From Candidatus Zhuqueibacterota bacterium (GTDB taxonomy: Bacteria > Zhuqueibacterota > Zhuqueibacteria > Thermofontimicrobiales > Thermofontimicrobiaceae), in NCBI GenBank assembly GCA_034506395.1, contig JAPDPQ010000001.1:4435-68434 (forward strand): DNA of 64,000 nucleotides, in the 5' to 3' direction. Below, piece by piece: positions 18,841 through 30,502 of the stretch. Position 1 is the first letter of the stretch, and the number at the start of each line of letters is the position of its first letter. The position numbers were made by a program, and so were the translations under genes. The notes beneath the pieces are model-generated. The model had not been told where the DNA came from. It did no database searches and saw nothing but the letters and a program-made list of their open reading frames with translations.

Positions 18841-20591
18841 TTCAAATGACAAAAGGCATTCGAATTGCTCTGGCGCAAATTGATGTTACCGTCGGTGATC
18901 TGGCTAATAATGAGCAGAAAATCAAAGCCGCAATCCAACAAGCCAGGAATGCTCAGGCAGATGTAGTTGCGTTCCCGGAATTGGTGATCACTGGGTATCC
19001 GCCAGAGGATTTATTGCTTCGCCGGCAATTCGTTCAGGACAATCTCCATTGTCTCAATCGAATTATTCCAGCAACCCGCGATATTCTGGCGATTGTGGGA
19101 TTTGCCGATCGAGAGGGGAATAAGCTATTTAACGCCGCAGCAGTGATTGCCAATGAAAGATTGGTCGCTGTGTATCATAAAATTCATCTACCCAATTACG
19201 GTGTTTTCGATGAGAAACGCTATTTTGAACCGGGAGAGCGGCCGCTGATTGTGGAGTGGAACGATATCAAGATCGGACTCAGCATCTGCGAGGATATCTG
19301 GATACCCGACAGTGTCGTCGAGACACAGGCTATTTCCACAGGTGCGGAGATCCTTTTAAACATCTCATCTTCGCCATATCATTCAGGCAAGGTGGAAGAG
19401 CGCGAGATTTTGCTCAAAAAAATAGCGGTAAATAACCGCGCCATGGTCTGCTACGTCAATCTCATCGGGGGGCAAGATGAGTTGGTATTTGATGGAAGCA
19501 GCCTAATTCTCAATGAGCGGGGGGAGATTCTCGCTCGCGGAAAACAGTTCGAAGAAGACCTGATCCTATTCGACCTCGATGTCTCGGTGATCCAGGCAAT
19601 CCGAGCAAAGGACGAATCGTTTCAGGGCCGTCGGGCAGCGTTCGATCCACCATTCAAGATTGAACTGATCGACCTTCCAGATCCGAGGCCAATGCCCTTT
19701 GAGCAGAAGCCGAGACTCCCCATTTCGCAAGTTCTCAAACTGGATCCATTGACCGAAATTTATCAGGCCCTGGTCTTAGGTACCCGCGATTACGTTCGAA
19801 AGAACGGTTTTCAAAAAGTCGTATTGGGGTTAAGCGGCGGTATCGATTCGGCATTGACGGCTGCTATCGCGGTAGACGCGTTGGGCTCGAAGAATGTCAT
19901 CGGCGTAAGTATGCCGTCAATATTCTCTTCCAAAGGTAGCATTGAGGATGCCGCCCAATTGGCAAAAAATTTGGGGATCAAGAATCTCATCATCCCTATA
20001 CAAAATACATTTGAAGCTTATCAAAACATGCTTCAAAACACTTTTGACAATCTGCCATTTGATATTACCGAGGAAAACATTCAAGCACGGATCCGTGGCA
20101 ATATCGTCATGGCGCTGTCCAACAAGTTCGGCTGGCTGGCTCTGAGCACGGGCAATAAAAGTGAAATTAGCGTAGGCTATTGTACGCTGTACGGAGATAT
20201 GGCCGGCGGTTTCGCTGTGATCAAAGATGTCCCCAAGACCCTGGTCTATCAATTGGCCAAGAATTTGAACAAGATCAAAGGACGAGAGATTATTCCGCAC
20301 AACACCATGGTCAAACCGCCTTCGGCTGAACTTCGGCCGAATCAGAAAGATGAAGATAGCCTGCCACCGTACGATATTTTAGATCCGATTTTGGCCGAAT
20401 ATGTAGAAAAGGACGCTTCCATCGAAAAAATTGTGGCGCTCGGCTTTGACGAAGCGATCGTGCGAAAAGTGATCCGACTGGTGGATCAGAGCGAATATAA
20501 ACGACGGCAAGGAGCTCCGGGTGTCAAAATTACGCCTCGGGCGTTTGGGAAGGATCGTCGGATGCCGATTACCAATCGCTATCGCTTGTGA
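18837..20591 (+). CDS. nadE: Glutamine-dependent NAD+ synthetase (CN-hydrolase domain + NadE domain)
   Basis: Nitrilase-like N-terminus ([16 protein letters not shown]...ICEDIW) and NAD-synthase PP-loop ([16 protein letters not shown]). Confidence 0.9.
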   Translation: MIQMTKGIRIALAQIDVTVGDLANNEQKIKAAIQQARNAQADVVAFPELVITGYPPEDLLLRRQFVQDNLHCLNRIIPATRDILAIVGFADREGNKLFNAAAVIANERLVAVYHKIHLPNYGVFDEKRYFEPGERPLIVEWNDIKIGLSICEDIWIPDSVVETQAISTGAEILLNISSSPYHSGKVEEREILLKKIAVNNRAMVCYVNLIGGQDELVFDGSSLILNERGEILARGKQFEEDLILFDLDVSVIQAIRAKDESFQGRRAAFDPPFKIELIDLPDPRPMPFEQKPRLPISQVLKLDPLTEIYQALVLGTRDYVRKNGFQKVVLGLSGGIDSALTAAIAVDALGSKNVIGVSMPSIFSSKGSIEDAAQLAKNLGIKNLIIPIQNTFEAYQNMLQNTFDNLPFDITEENIQARIRGNIVMALSNKFGWLALSTGNKSEISVGYCTLYGDMAGGFAVIKDVPKTLVYQLAKNLNKIKGREIIPHNTMVKPPSAELRPNQKDEDSLPPYDILDPILAEYVEKDASIEKIVALGFDEAIVRKVIRLVDQSEYKRRQGAPGVKITPRAFGKDRRMPITNRYRL

Positions 20592-20934
20592 ACCCTTGAT
20601 AATTATCTGGACCACGCAAATAGAACAACCACGGAATTTTTTTGGTCTCAGAACTGAAAGGTCTCAGAAACAAAATTCTGTGAGCTTTCATTGCTGCGAC
20701 CATCCTTTTAAAGAATAACTACAAATGCAAACAAAAATCAATTCAGTTTTCCGCCTTAAGTTGCTTGTAAATCGGTCTTGGTTTATGTATATTGAGGACC
20801 AATAATGCTTCTCGCCCGCTTGCTGATGGCTAAGGGCTGGTTGAGACGATTATTCTACATTGCGATTGTACTTTAAATTTGACCTGAATAAAACGCTGGT
20901 CAGCTATTCCTCCAAAAAAAAATGCAATAGAAAT

Positions 20935-21279
20935 ATGAAACCGATCACGCTACAACAATGTCAGCAACTTGTCGATGACTGGATCACCACCGTCGGCGTG
21001 CGCTATTTTTCCGAATTGACCAACCTGGCGCAATTAATGGAAGAAGTGGGCGAGGTTGCCCGCATCATGTCCCGCACCTATGGGGATCAGAGCTTCAAAA
21101 AATCGGATGAGGCGAAAAAACTATCAGAGGAATTGGCGGATGTGTTTTTTGTGCTCGTCTGCATTGCCAATCAAACTGGCGTGGATTTGACCGAGGCGTT
21201 CTGGCAGGGGATGGAAAAACGAACGAACCGCGATCGGGAACGACATCAAAACAACATGAAATTGAAACAGGGTGCTTGA
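20935..21279 (+). CDS. MazG-like nucleotide pyrophosphohydrolase domain protein
   Basis: LMEEVGEVARIM...ELADVFFVLVCIANQTGVDLTEAF is the EExGE...ELaDv motif set. Confidence 0.75.
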   Translation: MKPITLQQCQQLVDDWITTVGVRYFSELTNLAQLMEEVGEVARIMSRTYGDQSFKKSDEAKKLSEELADVFFVLVCIANQTGVDLTEAFWQGMEKRTNRDRERHQNNMKLKQGA

Positions 21280-21314
21280 TCTTTGATAGACTTAAATCCT
21301 TTCGCACATGAGCC

Positions 21315-22166
21315 ATGGATGCAGATAAAGCGAAAAATGGACCGACCGTGAGCGTGATCATCCCGACCTATAATCGCGCAAATTGGTTGGCAGGTGCAAT
21401 TGAGTCGGTTTTAGTTCAATCTTATCAGGATCTCGAATTGATCCTCATTGATGACGGCTCAACGGATGAAACGCCTGAGTTAGTGGCACATTATGGGGAT
21501 CGCATCCGTTATTATGCGCAAGACCATCGCGGGCCAGCGGCCGCCAGAAATTTGGGCATTCAGAAAGCTCAGGCTGATTTAATCGCGTTTCTGGATTCTG
21601 ATGATCGCTGGCTGAAAGACAAGCTGCAAGCCCAGGTGGATCTGATGCTGAATCATCCGGAAATCAAGATTTGCTACACAGACGAAATCTGGATTCGACG
21701 AGGGGTAAGAGTCAATCCAAAGAAAATTCACCAAAAATATTCAGGGTGGATCTATCAGAGATGTCTGCCATTGTGCATTATCAGCCCATCATCAGTGATG
21801 ATACGTCGGGAGGTATTCGATCGGGTCGGCCTGTTTGATGAACAATTTCTGGTGTGCGAAGACTATGAGTTCTGGCTGCGGATCAGTCATCGGTTTCCGA
21901 TTACATTTATCAATCAGCCGCTGATCATTAAATACGGGGGACATCAAGATCAGCTTTCAAGGCAATTTTGGGGGATGGATCGATTCCGGGTTATGGCGCT
22001 GGAAAAGATGCTCCAAGATCATTCGCTCTCAGAAATTGATCGGAATGCCACAATCCAGATGCTGATCCAAAAATGCAACATCTTGATCAATGGCTTTGAG
22101 AAACGCGGCAAAACAGCGGAAGGCGATCTCTATCGATCGATTCGAGATAAATATCGCACAAATTGA
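21315..22166 (+). CDS. Glycosyltransferase family 2
   Basis: VSVIIPTYNRANWLAGAIESVLVQSY...LILIDDGSTDET...DSDD contains the DxD. Confidence 0.85.
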   Translation: MDADKAKNGPTVSVIIPTYNRANWLAGAIESVLVQSYQDLELILIDDGSTDETPELVAHYGDRIRYYAQDHRGPAAARNLGIQKAQADLIAFLDSDDRWLKDKLQAQVDLMLNHPEIKICYTDEIWIRRGVRVNPKKIHQKYSGWIYQRCLPLCIISPSSVMIRREVFDRVGLFDEQFLVCEDYEFWLRISHRFPITFINQPLIIKYGGHQDQLSRQFWGMDRFRVMALEKMLQDHSLSEIDRNATIQMLIQKCNILINGFEKRGKTAEGDLYRSIRDKYRTN

Positions 22167-22370
22167 ACCATATCGAGCAGATCATGCAGCTCAATGGTCA
22201 AATTGGATCGATCGATTGAGTCTGACTGAAATTTAAGTTTTGGAACCCACGTCATGATGAGTGGATGGATAAAATGGAGCGAATTGAATAGCTAAGTGTC
22301 CGAAAGATTGGGTGCGGGTCAAGCATCATCATGATTGGATGTTTCGGTGGAAACGGCTAACAAAGGCCAC

Positions 22371-23381
22371 TTATAACGAAGTCAATTTCAAGCCAGGGAT
22401 TGGTGCTAGCCCAAAGTCCGAACGAATCCCACGTTTTAGCTTCTGCTGTCCAAGCCAAGCCACCATTGCAGCGTTATCGGTACAAAGGATCGGCTCCGGA
22501 ACATAAATCTTGAAGCCTTCGATCGCTGCGCGTTGTTGAAATGCCGATCTAAGCCGGCGATTTCGTGCAACTCCACCGACCAAACAGATATCGCGCACCT
22601 TTTTGTCGCGGGCGGCTGCCACTGTTTTTTCCACCAGCACCTCGATTAGCGCTGCCTGAAAGCTGGCCACAATATCAGCGATATGAGCCTGGCGCTGGTC
22701 CGTTGGCATTCGTTTGAGATGATATAGGACCGCAGTTTTCAGGCCGCTGAAGCTAAAGTTATAATCATGCGTTTTGATCAGGGAGCGCGGAAAATGGATA
22801 TAAGTTTCATCACCCTGAGCAGCAAGCTGATCGATGATCGGCCCACCAGGGTAGCCCAGCTCCATCATCTTTGACACCTTATCGAACGCCTCTCCTGCCG
22901 CATCATCTAACGTTCGGCCTAAAACTTCATATTGCTCCATGCCTTTCACCAGAACAAGCAGCGTGTGGCCGCCAGAGACAACCAAGGAGATAAAGGGGAA
23001 TTCAAGATCTGGATGATTGACATAGACCGAGAACACATGCCCCTCAATATGATTGATCCCGACCCAAGGCAATTGGAGTGCGTATGCCAAGGCTTTTGCC
23101 GTGTTTAATCCGACCAAAATCGAACCAACCAAACCTGGCCCATAGGTCACTGCAATCCCTTCAAGCTGCGAAAATTCTAAATTAGCATCCGAAAGCGATT
23201 TCTTGATGATGGGCAGAATGAGGCGCATGTGCTCTCGAGAAGCCAATTCTGGAACAACCCCTCCGTACTGCTGATGGATGGTTTGCGAAGCGATGACATT
23301 CGAACGTAAGCCGTCTGGGGTATAAACCGCCGCTGCGGTTTCATCACATGAGGTTTCAATTCCCAAAACAATCATGGTCAA
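22371..23381 (-). CDS. tsaD: tRNA N6-adenosine threonylcarbamoyltransferase
   Basis: VLGIETSCDETAAAV...GPGLVGSILVG...VSGGHT are Kae1/TsaD motifs. Confidence 0.9.
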   Translation of the reverse strand: MTMIVLGIETSCDETAAAVYTPDGLRSNVIASQTIHQQYGGVVPELASREHMRLILPIIKKSLSDANLEFSQLEGIAVTYGPGLVGSILVGLNTAKALAYALQLPWVGINHIEGHVFSVYVNHPDLEFPFISLVVSGGHTLLVLVKGMEQYEVLGRTLDDAAGEAFDKVSKMMELGYPGGPIIDQLAAQGDETYIHFPRSLIKTHDYNFSFSGLKTAVLYHLKRMPTDQRQAHIADIVASFQAALIEVLVEKTVAAARDKKVRDICLVGGVARNRRLRSAFQQRAAIEGFKIYVPEPILCTDNAAMVAWLGQQKLKRGIRSDFGLAPIPGLKLTSL

Positions 23382-23396
23382 TTGGCTCGCTTGGGA

Positions 23397-24338
23397 TTAT
23401 TTGATCTTTTCAACGACAATTTTAAATCGCTTTGGTTTGACATCGCGATAACGAACCCCTTTTGGAGTATCAATATATGCCAGATGGTTCTTGCTTTGTG
23501 AGGCCTTCACTTTTTGATAGTCAATATATGCTCTAATATCATTCTGCGTGACATTCAATAAAATATCAGCTCCTCCCTCCAAAACGAGAGACAAAGTAGA
23601 AGGCAACACCGTCACCCTCAAGTCCGGTGGCTGATTGATGACAGTCACCGGTACCTCCGATAGCGGCTTCTCCATCAATTTCTGGACATTGACATAAAGG
23701 TTTACCTCGCGAGTCAATAGGCGCAGATGCTCGATATCTGGCCTGATCAACCTGAGCTTTTCGGTTAAATTGCGGTTGATATTTTTATACCGACGTCGTT
23801 CAGTGAAAATCGCATCCACCCTTTTGAGCTCAGTGATCGGGATCATTACCTCAGCGGAATCGGGGATTAACTTAACATCATCAACGACGGTATAGCCAGG
23901 AACTGGGGTTACCTCAACATCAGGTACGATTGCAACCTTTGTGGTGATGAGATCCATAATAAGAATTTTCAAAGTTTCGGGGTGTACGATGTTGAGCACT
24001 TCGATATCGCTATCTCGAAGCAATTTCACCTGATTCTTATCCAATACAAGATTGGCTGATCGGAAAACATGGGAGACATCAAGGTTGTAAAAGATATCCT
24101 TTCTGAGCATCGTGGTGAGCAGTGAACGTCCCTTTCCCCAACAAGTGATTTTTACCTTGCTCGGGATATCAGAGCTAATCACTCGATTCGGCCCAAGATT
24201 CGTAATCCGAAGCGGAACATTCAGCTCATATCGGTAATTATCTTCCATCTTCACAAAAAACCATATCACGCTGGCCAAGGCAATTACCGCCAATTTAATT
24301 TTCAGATTGCGAACAATTCCAACATTCATCGGTTTCAT
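23397..24338 (-). CDS. YbbR-like domain protein (CdaR-like), membrane-anchored
   Basis: N-terminal TM helix, then repeated beta-rich YbbR-like segments. 313 aa. Confidence 0.5.
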   Translation of the reverse strand: MKPMNVGIVRNLKIKLAVIALASVIWFFVKMEDNYRYELNVPLRITNLGPNRVISSDIPSKVKITCWGKGRSLLTTMLRKDIFYNLDVSHVFRSANLVLDKNQVKLLRDSDIEVLNIVHPETLKILIMDLITTKVAIVPDVEVTPVPGYTVVDDVKLIPDSAEVMIPITELKRVDAIFTERRRYKNINRNLTEKLRLIRPDIEHLRLLTREVNLYVNVQKLMEKPLSEVPVTVINQPPDLRVTVLPSTLSLVLEGGADILLNVTQNDIRAYIDYQKVKASQSKNHLAYIDTPKGVRYRDVKPKRFKIVVEKIK

Positions 24339-24452
24339 CTCGATCCTTTGGCTCGCTTAACGTGAAAAGAGGGTATCAGGAACTAACTCCTTTTACCCTC
24401 TTCATATGATCGACCCGTGGTAGGAAAAGGATCTGGGCGAGGCGAAGATTCT

Positions 24453-24647
24453 TTATTTATGAGATTGACCAATCACTTTGCCGATACTTAGCTCACCATT
24501 GTCGATTCGAATATTAAAGCCACATTCTGGATTGGTGCAGACCCAGGCTTTATACATAATTGATGAACCCTCACGACCATAGTCTGATAAAGGAATGAGT
24601 ACTCCAGTGGAGCATTTCAAACATTCTGGATAAGCAGTTTCCATCAT
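24453..24647 (-). CDS. Small zinc-ribbon protein (64 aa)
   Basis: CxxC ... CxxxxC (CLKC...CTNPEC). Confidence 0.4.
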   Translation of the reverse strand: MMETAYPECLKCSTGVLIPLSDYGREGSSIMYKAWVCTNPECGFNIRIDNGELSIGKVIGQSHK

Positions 24648-24973
24648 AAAAGACCTCCCCTCACAATTTAACTAGTTCAAGTTTTAAAATCCCCAATGAA
24701 TTGATATTTTTGTGCTATCGCCGTTGGATTTAATAATTCCATCCCTCCTTCAAGAAATGTGAATATCAGGTCTGACAACTCAAAAAATAATTTTCATCTT
24801 CCTCGCCCAAATCCAAATTCATCGGACCAATCCAATGTTCGCCCTTGGCTTAAAAAAAATTTAACATAATTTCTATATAAAGTCAATATATTTTTTGGAT
24901 CAATACTTGTATTTGCCATTATGGTAGTTTCGTGTAAGGTGCAAACTGATTATTGTGTTCTTTTGGCATAATA

Positions 24974-25699
24974 TCACCACAGCAGCCGTACCGATAAACC
25001 AATCGCCATGGAAATCGATAGCGAGGCAATAAGATTGATCATCAGAAGTTGACGGCTTGCTCTTCCATGAAGAATTAGTCTGGGGATAAAAGCAACTGGA
25101 ATGAGAAAGAAGAACCAACCTCCGAAGATCATCCCTAAAGTGGAAAAGAACCGCTCAATATATCCGATGCGCCGTTTGTTGGCATTCGGAAAAATAATGG
25201 ATTGTTCGGCTGTTGGTTGAGTCAATTGATGAATGAATTTTTTGACATAGTAAATAATCACTCCCCCGCCAAACATCGAAACCACCAAGCCAGTGAGCGT
25301 GATAATTACCTTTCGATTCAAATAGTAGTCGGCGACAAAACGGTTCGCGATCTGCGGTGAAGGAATGTGAAATAAATGATAGCATGTGAGCCAAATAAAA
25401 AAGATATGCAATATTTGATCAACTAAAAAAACAAACACCGAATCATTTAGCACATTCCGTGTGAGAACCAGTTTCATCCAGTCTAAAATAAAGTGAATGC
25501 CAAACAGAAACAAGATCGCCAGCCGGAAATTTGCAAACTCCAGAAATGGAAACGCAATGATGATGTTAGTGATCAACGAAATGAAAATATGAGGCAGGAG
25601 CCCCCATTTGTATTTTGATTTTAACGCAAAAATTTTATCTGACTGGAGTGGAAAATCCGCGATAAAATGCGCTAGGAGCAAGAGCCAGAATAAATTCAT
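24974..25699 (-). CDS. DUF3307-family membrane protein
   Basis: N-terminal LLLAHFIADFPLQ signature. Multi-TM. Confidence 0.6.
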   Translation of the reverse strand: MNLFWLLLLAHFIADFPLQSDKIFALKSKYKWGLLPHIFISLITNIIIAFPFLEFANFRLAILFLFGIHFILDWMKLVLTRNVLNDSVFVFLVDQILHIFFIWLTCYHLFHIPSPQIANRFVADYYLNRKVIITLTGLVVSMFGGGVIIYYVKKFIHQLTQPTAEQSIIFPNANKRRIGYIERFFSTLGMIFGGWFFFLIPVAFIPRLILHGRASRQLLMINLIASLSISMAIGLSVRLLW

Positions 25700-25816
25700 C
25701 GATTAGCGGTCCTGGGAACTATTATTGCGATCCATCATAATTGTCTCTCTGGAAAAACCGGCTTAAAATATCGATTGAGAGGCAAGTGCCCTGGGCAATT
25801 CAACGGCATTCGTTTT

Positions 25817-26260
25817 CTATTCTTTCACGACCCATAATTTGATCTTGGCTTCGACTTCGCTGTGCAATTTGATTGGGATATCGTAGATTCCCAATGCCTT
25901 GATGGGTTCATCAAGCAAAATTTTTTTGCGATCGATATCAAAGCCTTTTTCCTTTAGCAAATCGGCGATGTTTTGGCTGGTTACGGAACCGAATACCCGA
26001 TCCTCCTCGCCAACCGCTACAGTGGCGGTACAAGAGACACCATTCAACTTTTGGGCAAGCAGCTCAGCGTTCTTCTTATCTTTATTAAGCTTCAGTTTAA
26101 TTCGTTTTTGTTCTTCTTCTAAAATCTTTAGATTTCTCTGGTCAGCTTTCAGCGCCAAGCCTTGGGGGATTAGATAATTGCGCGCATAACCATCTTTCAC
26201 TTCAATGATATTGCCAGCCGTTCCCAGAGATTCGACATCTTTTTTCAAAATAACTTTCAT
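25817..26260 (-). CDS. rplI: 50S ribosomal protein L9
   Basis: MKVILKKDVESLGTAGNIIEVKDGYARNYLIPQGLA. Confidence 0.9.
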   Translation of the reverse strand: MKVILKKDVESLGTAGNIIEVKDGYARNYLIPQGLALKADQRNLKILEEEQKRIKLKLNKDKKNAELLAQKLNGVSCTATVAVGEEDRVFGSVTSQNIADLLKEKGFDIDRKKILLDEPIKALGIYDIPIKLHSEVEAKIKLWVVKE

Positions 26261-26285
26261 CAGCGATCTTCCCTCATGCAAATGG

Positions 26286-26507
26286 TTATCGACTCATTTC
26301 TGCCACATAAGGAATTAATGCTAATTGTCGAGCGCGCTTAATCGCTTTCACCAGCATCCGTTGATGCTTAGCACAGGTCCCTGAAGTGCGACGTGGAATT
26401 ATCTTCCCTTGTTCGGTCGTAAAGCGCATAAGCTTTTTGTCGTCCCGGAAATCTATATAGATAGCATTCTCCTCACAAAAACGACAGATCCGTTTTTTCT
26501 TTAGCAT
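26286..26507 (-). CDS. rpsR: 30S ribosomal protein S18
   Basis: KRICRFCEENAIYIDFRD...IIPRRTSGTCAKHQRML. Confidence 0.9.
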   Translation of the reverse strand: MLKKKRICRFCEENAIYIDFRDDKKLMRFTTEQGKIIPRRTSGTCAKHQRMLVKAIKRARQLALIPYVAEMSR

Positions 26508-26547
26508 AGCTGTTTGGTTCTCCTAGTTAAATCATCCTTCCTTGGCA

Positions 26548-27075
26548 TCATAAATTTAAGTCCTTATATCCAAAGTCGTATTGCTCTAATTGCGGTTGCG
26601 TTACCGCTGGGGCTGAAGCATGATTGTCATTAATGATCGTTTCCGCCATTTCCGTTTCAGTGGGTTCATAGTCATATTCTTTCTCATCAAATGCCGTGTC
26701 ATACTCATTTTCATCTTTAGAGGAACTTTTTCGATTAAGAAACTGAATGCGCCGGGCTTTAATCTCAACAACATTTCGGCTGGTCCCATCATCGTTCCGC
26801 CAGCTTCGGCTTTGCAGCTCTCCATCGATGATTACCGCGCTTCCTTTGCTCAGGTTTTCGTAGCAGCTTTCGGCCAGTTTATACCAGGCAACTACCCCAA
26901 CATAACAGACATTTTCTCGCCATTGACCATTATTGTCCTTGAATTTTCGATTTGATGCGATGAAAAAGTTGGCCACTGGCGTTCCATTGGTCGTCTTTCG
27001 AAATGATGGATCACATGTCAAGTTCCCTGCAATGAGTACATTATTGATATCAGGCATTTTCAGATTCGACATCAT
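26548..27075 (-). CDS. ssb: Single-stranded DNA-binding protein
   Basis: OB-fold N-terminus (NNVLIAGNLTCDPSFRKTTNGTPVANFFIASNR...VVEIKA) and an acidic/aromatic C-terminal tail. Confidence 0.85.
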   Translation of the reverse strand: MMSNLKMPDINNVLIAGNLTCDPSFRKTTNGTPVANFFIASNRKFKDNNGQWRENVCYVGVVAWYKLAESCYENLSKGSAVIIDGELQSRSWRNDDGTSRNVVEIKARRIQFLNRKSSSKDENEYDTAFDEKEYDYEPTETEMAETIINDNHASAPAVTQPQLEQYDFGYKDLNL

Positions 27076-27198
27076 TTAGAACCTCCCTGAAAATCATTTG
27101 GCCTCAAGTCATTTCTCCATTTTCATCAATTATGACGCTGCACGACTGATTCATCTGCATCTCCATGATGTGAAGAATATGTCTTCCCGAACGAACCC

Positions 27199-27636
27199 TT
27201 ATTCGACGTTTGTTTCGGTGGCAAGCTCGACGGGTTCTTCTTCCGCTTCATCCAGCTCTTCGGTTTCGATCAGTTCTTCTAATTCTGGAATTTCTTTTTC
27301 TTCTGGAACCTGTTTTGCCATTTTGATCTGGTCCAAGTAGGTCAGAGCTTTTTTGCTCAAAGTTACCGTGAGATAGCGCAAGATGTTTTCATCCAATCGG
27401 TAATCTCGCTCTAAAATTTTAACCAGATTACTGGGCGCCTCAAAAATGATCTCCACGTAATAGCCATATTGGCGTTTTCTAATCTCATAAGCCAATCGCC
27501 GCTTTTCCCAACGATCTACATTGAGCACTTTACCACCATTGTTATTGATGATCCTGAGGATCTTTTCAATAGTGGCTTCGATCTCTTCGCTCTTTAAAAG
27601 TGAATCAATAACGACAACAGTTTGATAGGTTCTCAA
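27199..27636 (-). CDS. rpsF: 30S ribosomal protein S6
   Basis: [14 protein letters not shown]...RRLAYEI plus an acidic C-terminal tail. Confidence 0.9.
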   Translation of the reverse strand: MRTYQTVVVIDSLLKSEEIEATIEKILRIINNNGGKVLNVDRWEKRRLAYEIRKRQYGYYVEIIFEAPSNLVKILERDYRLDENILRYLTVTLSKKALTYLDQIKMAKQVPEEKEIPELEELIETEELDEAEEEPVELATETNVE

Positions 27637-27665
27637 ATCATTTACCTCCTGACTAATTTCCTAAT

Positions 27666-29726
27666 TCAAAATAATGGCGCGATAACTAGGGAAATAATGC
27701 TCATCAATTTTATCAAGATATTGAGGGATGGTCCCGATGTGTCCTTGAACGGATCGCCCACAGTATCTCCGACAACAGCAGCTTTATGGGAAGGAGACCC
27801 TTTGCCGCCAAGCGCACCGCTTTCAATATATTTTTTGGCGTTATCCCATGATCCACCCGCATTGGCCATAAAGATCGCCAACAACACGCCAGAGACAGTA
27901 GTTCCCGCCAGCACTCCTCCCAGCATTTGCGGCTTATTAAGGACCAAGCCGAAGAATACTGGAGTGAGTACAGCTAAGAGCCCTGGGGCGATCATCCGTT
28001 TGATTGCTGCTTTGGTCGCGATGTCTACACAGCGCGCATAATTGGCCTTTGTTTTTCCCTCGAGAAGGCCAGGAATTTCTTTGAACTGACGCCTCACTTC
28101 CTCGATCATATCGAAGGCCGCCCTTCCCACCGCACGTAGCGCGAACGATGAAAACACAAATGGCAGCACTCCACCAATGAACAAACCGGCCATTATCCAT
28201 GGATCATCAATATCCAGGCTCAGGTTATGGCCAATTGCCCGAGCCGCGGTTTCACGGTACGCAGCAAACAACGCCAGGGCCGTCAACGCCGCAGAACCAA
28301 TGGCAAATCCTTTACCGATAGCAGCGGTGGTATTGCCTACCGCATCCAATTTGTCGGTTCGGCTTCTCACCTCCTGAGGCAGTCCCGACATTTCGGCACA
28401 CCCGCCAGCATTATCGGCGATCGGCCCATAAGCATCAATCGCCAATTGGATGCCGGTGATCGAAAGCATGCCCAACGCGGCAATGGCAATTCCATATAGA
28501 CCGGCAAAAACGTAAGACACAATGATCGCAACCGCAATCGCAATGACTGGCAGTGCAGTTGAGAACATGCCATTCGCTAATCCAGCGATAATATTGGTTG
28601 CTGCCCCTGTTTCACTCGCCTTAGCAATCATTCGCGCTGGCCGGCGTGATTCTGCTGTGTAATACTCTGTCAGCAACCCGACAGCAATTCCCGCGATCAA
28701 TCCTGCAACGATCGCACCATACACAGAATGAGCACCAACCATCAAATTTTCGCCAGCCCTCCATTGAACGGGTTCTGGAACAAAAAATCGAATCACGAAA
28801 TAGCTAGCGATAAGCATCAGCAACCCAGCGATCCCCGTCCCAACATTCAATGCGGTTTGTGGGTTCCCCCCCTCTTTGGTCTTCACAAAAAAAGTGCCGA
28901 TGATCGAAACAATAATTCCCATCCCTGCAAGCATCAAAGGCAGTATCACAAAATTGCTATGCCCAGCACCCGCTGCCAAAACCATTGCGCCGATAATGGC
29001 GCCAACATAAGATTCAAACAGATCTGCGCCCATCCCAGCGACATCGCCGACATTGTCTCCGACATTATCAGCAATGGTAGCAGGATTCCGCGGATCATCT
29101 TCAGGAATGCCGGCTTCCACCTTTCCAACCAAGTCCGCACCAACATCAGCCGCCTTGGTGTAAATGCCACCTCCCACGCGGGCAAACAAAGCGATGCTGG
29201 AAGCCCCCATTGCAAATCCCGATAGGATCGTCATCACTCGTGACAAATCAGCATTGGCCTTCAACCCACCATATAAATAGAACAGCAGGGTAATGCCGAT
29301 GATCCCCAGCCCTACAACGCTCATGCCCATTACCGAGCCACCGCTGAAAGCGACTTTAAGCGCTGCATTCAAGCTGGTACGCGCTGCTTGCGTGGTTCGG
29401 TGATTGGCTGAGGTTGCAACCCGCATCCCAAAAAGCCCAGCTAAACCGCTACATAAAGCTCCCACAATGAACGACACCGCTACCAAACTTGTTCCCTGGG
29501 AGGCATTCCCCATTGCCAAAAGGATGGCTACTGCAATCACAAACACAGCCAAGACTTTATATTCTCGGGCCAAGAACGCCATTGCACCCTCGCGCACCGC
29601 TTGTCCAATCGACTGCATTGTCTCATTTCCAGGGTCCTGCCGATTAATCCAGCGTGACTTAATGAAAGCATACAATAATGCCAGCACACCGCTTGCTAAT
29701 CCCAACCAGACCAACTCGCTCCGCAC
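27666..29726 (-). CDS. hppA: Membrane-bound proton/sodium-translocating pyrophosphatase
   Basis: 686 aa polytopic protein with [32 protein letters not shown] and [12 protein letters not shown]. Confidence 0.95.
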   Translation of the reverse strand: MRSELVWLGLASGVLALLYAFIKSRWINRQDPGNETMQSIGQAVREGAMAFLAREYKVLAVFVIAVAILLAMGNASQGTSLVAVSFIVGALCSGLAGLFGMRVATSANHRTTQAARTSLNAALKVAFSGGSVMGMSVVGLGIIGITLLFYLYGGLKANADLSRVMTILSGFAMGASSIALFARVGGGIYTKAADVGADLVGKVEAGIPEDDPRNPATIADNVGDNVGDVAGMGADLFESYVGAIIGAMVLAAGAGHSNFVILPLMLAGMGIIVSIIGTFFVKTKEGGNPQTALNVGTGIAGLLMLIASYFVIRFFVPEPVQWRAGENLMVGAHSVYGAIVAGLIAGIAVGLLTEYYTAESRRPARMIAKASETGAATNIIAGLANGMFSTALPVIAIAVAIIVSYVFAGLYGIAIAALGMLSITGIQLAIDAYGPIADNAGGCAEMSGLPQEVRSRTDKLDAVGNTTAAIGKGFAIGSAALTALALFAAYRETAARAIGHNLSLDIDDPWIMAGLFIGGVLPFVFSSFALRAVGRAAFDMIEEVRRQFKEIPGLLEGKTKANYARCVDIATKAAIKRMIAPGLLAVLTPVFFGLVLNKPQMLGGVLAGTTVSGVLLAIFMANAGGSWDNAKKYIESGALGGKGSPSHKAAVVGDTVGDPFKDTSGPSLNILIKLMSIISLVIAPLF

Positions 29727-29842
29727 GCTTCATCCTCCTCATAAAATTTAAACCTTACCCGATTGTGATCTTATCAGTATCATAATTCATAACAGGCCTT
29801 TGATGCGATGCGCACCATCACCATATTAAAGCCAGGATTTTA

Positions 29843-30472
29843 TTACTCCTCTTTTTTCTCAGTCACTGGTGCTTTCTCAGCTTCAGCAGCAGCTTCTACC
29901 ACCTCTGGTTTCACTTCTTTTTCAACGGTTGGCGGTAATACGTTCACGATAGGCTGATCTAAGTCACCAACGATTGTGGCTTTTTCAATTGACAAAGAAC
30001 GCGCGGTAATCGTATCACCGATATTCAGCTTCGTCACATCGATCTCAATCCGATCAGGAATATCCAATGGCAAACACTCAACTTCGAGTTCCCGGAGATA
30101 TTGATGCAAAATTCCACCTTGCTGTTTCACCCCTATCGCTTCTCCGACCAGAACGATGGGCACATTGATAGTGATCTTTTCTTCGAGACTGACGCCTTGT
30201 ACATCGATATGAACAAGCGTTTGTTTGACTGGATCCACTTGAACATCTTTTATGATGGCTTTTTGTTTGCGTTTCTTGCCAAGTTGAAAATCAATTAAAC
30301 CGGATTCAGAACCTAAAATCTTTAACGTTTCTCTTTGATCGAGTGCTATCGGAATTGCTTTTTCGCCATGACTGTAAAAAATCCCAGGGATTTTCCCTTC
30401 TCTGCGCAATTTTTTAGCAAATCCCTTACCAGTTTTTTCACGGGGTTGAGCTTGCAATAAAAGTTCAGACAT
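29843..30472 (-). CDS. rplY: 50S ribosomal protein L25 / general stress protein Ctc
   Basis: REKTGKGFAKKLRREGKIPGIFY with an acidic/Lys-rich C-terminal extension. Confidence 0.85.
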   Translation of the reverse strand: MSELLLQAQPREKTGKGFAKKLRREGKIPGIFYSHGEKAIPIALDQRETLKILGSESGLIDFQLGKKRKQKAIIKDVQVDPVKQTLVHIDVQGVSLEEKITINVPIVLVGEAIGVKQQGGILHQYLRELEVECLPLDIPDRIEIDVTKLNIGDTITARSLSIEKATIVGDLDQPIVNVLPPTVEKEVKPEVVEAAAEAEKAPVTEKKEE

Positions 30473-30502
30473 TCTCGTTCTCCATTCAATTCCTAAAATT
30501 TA

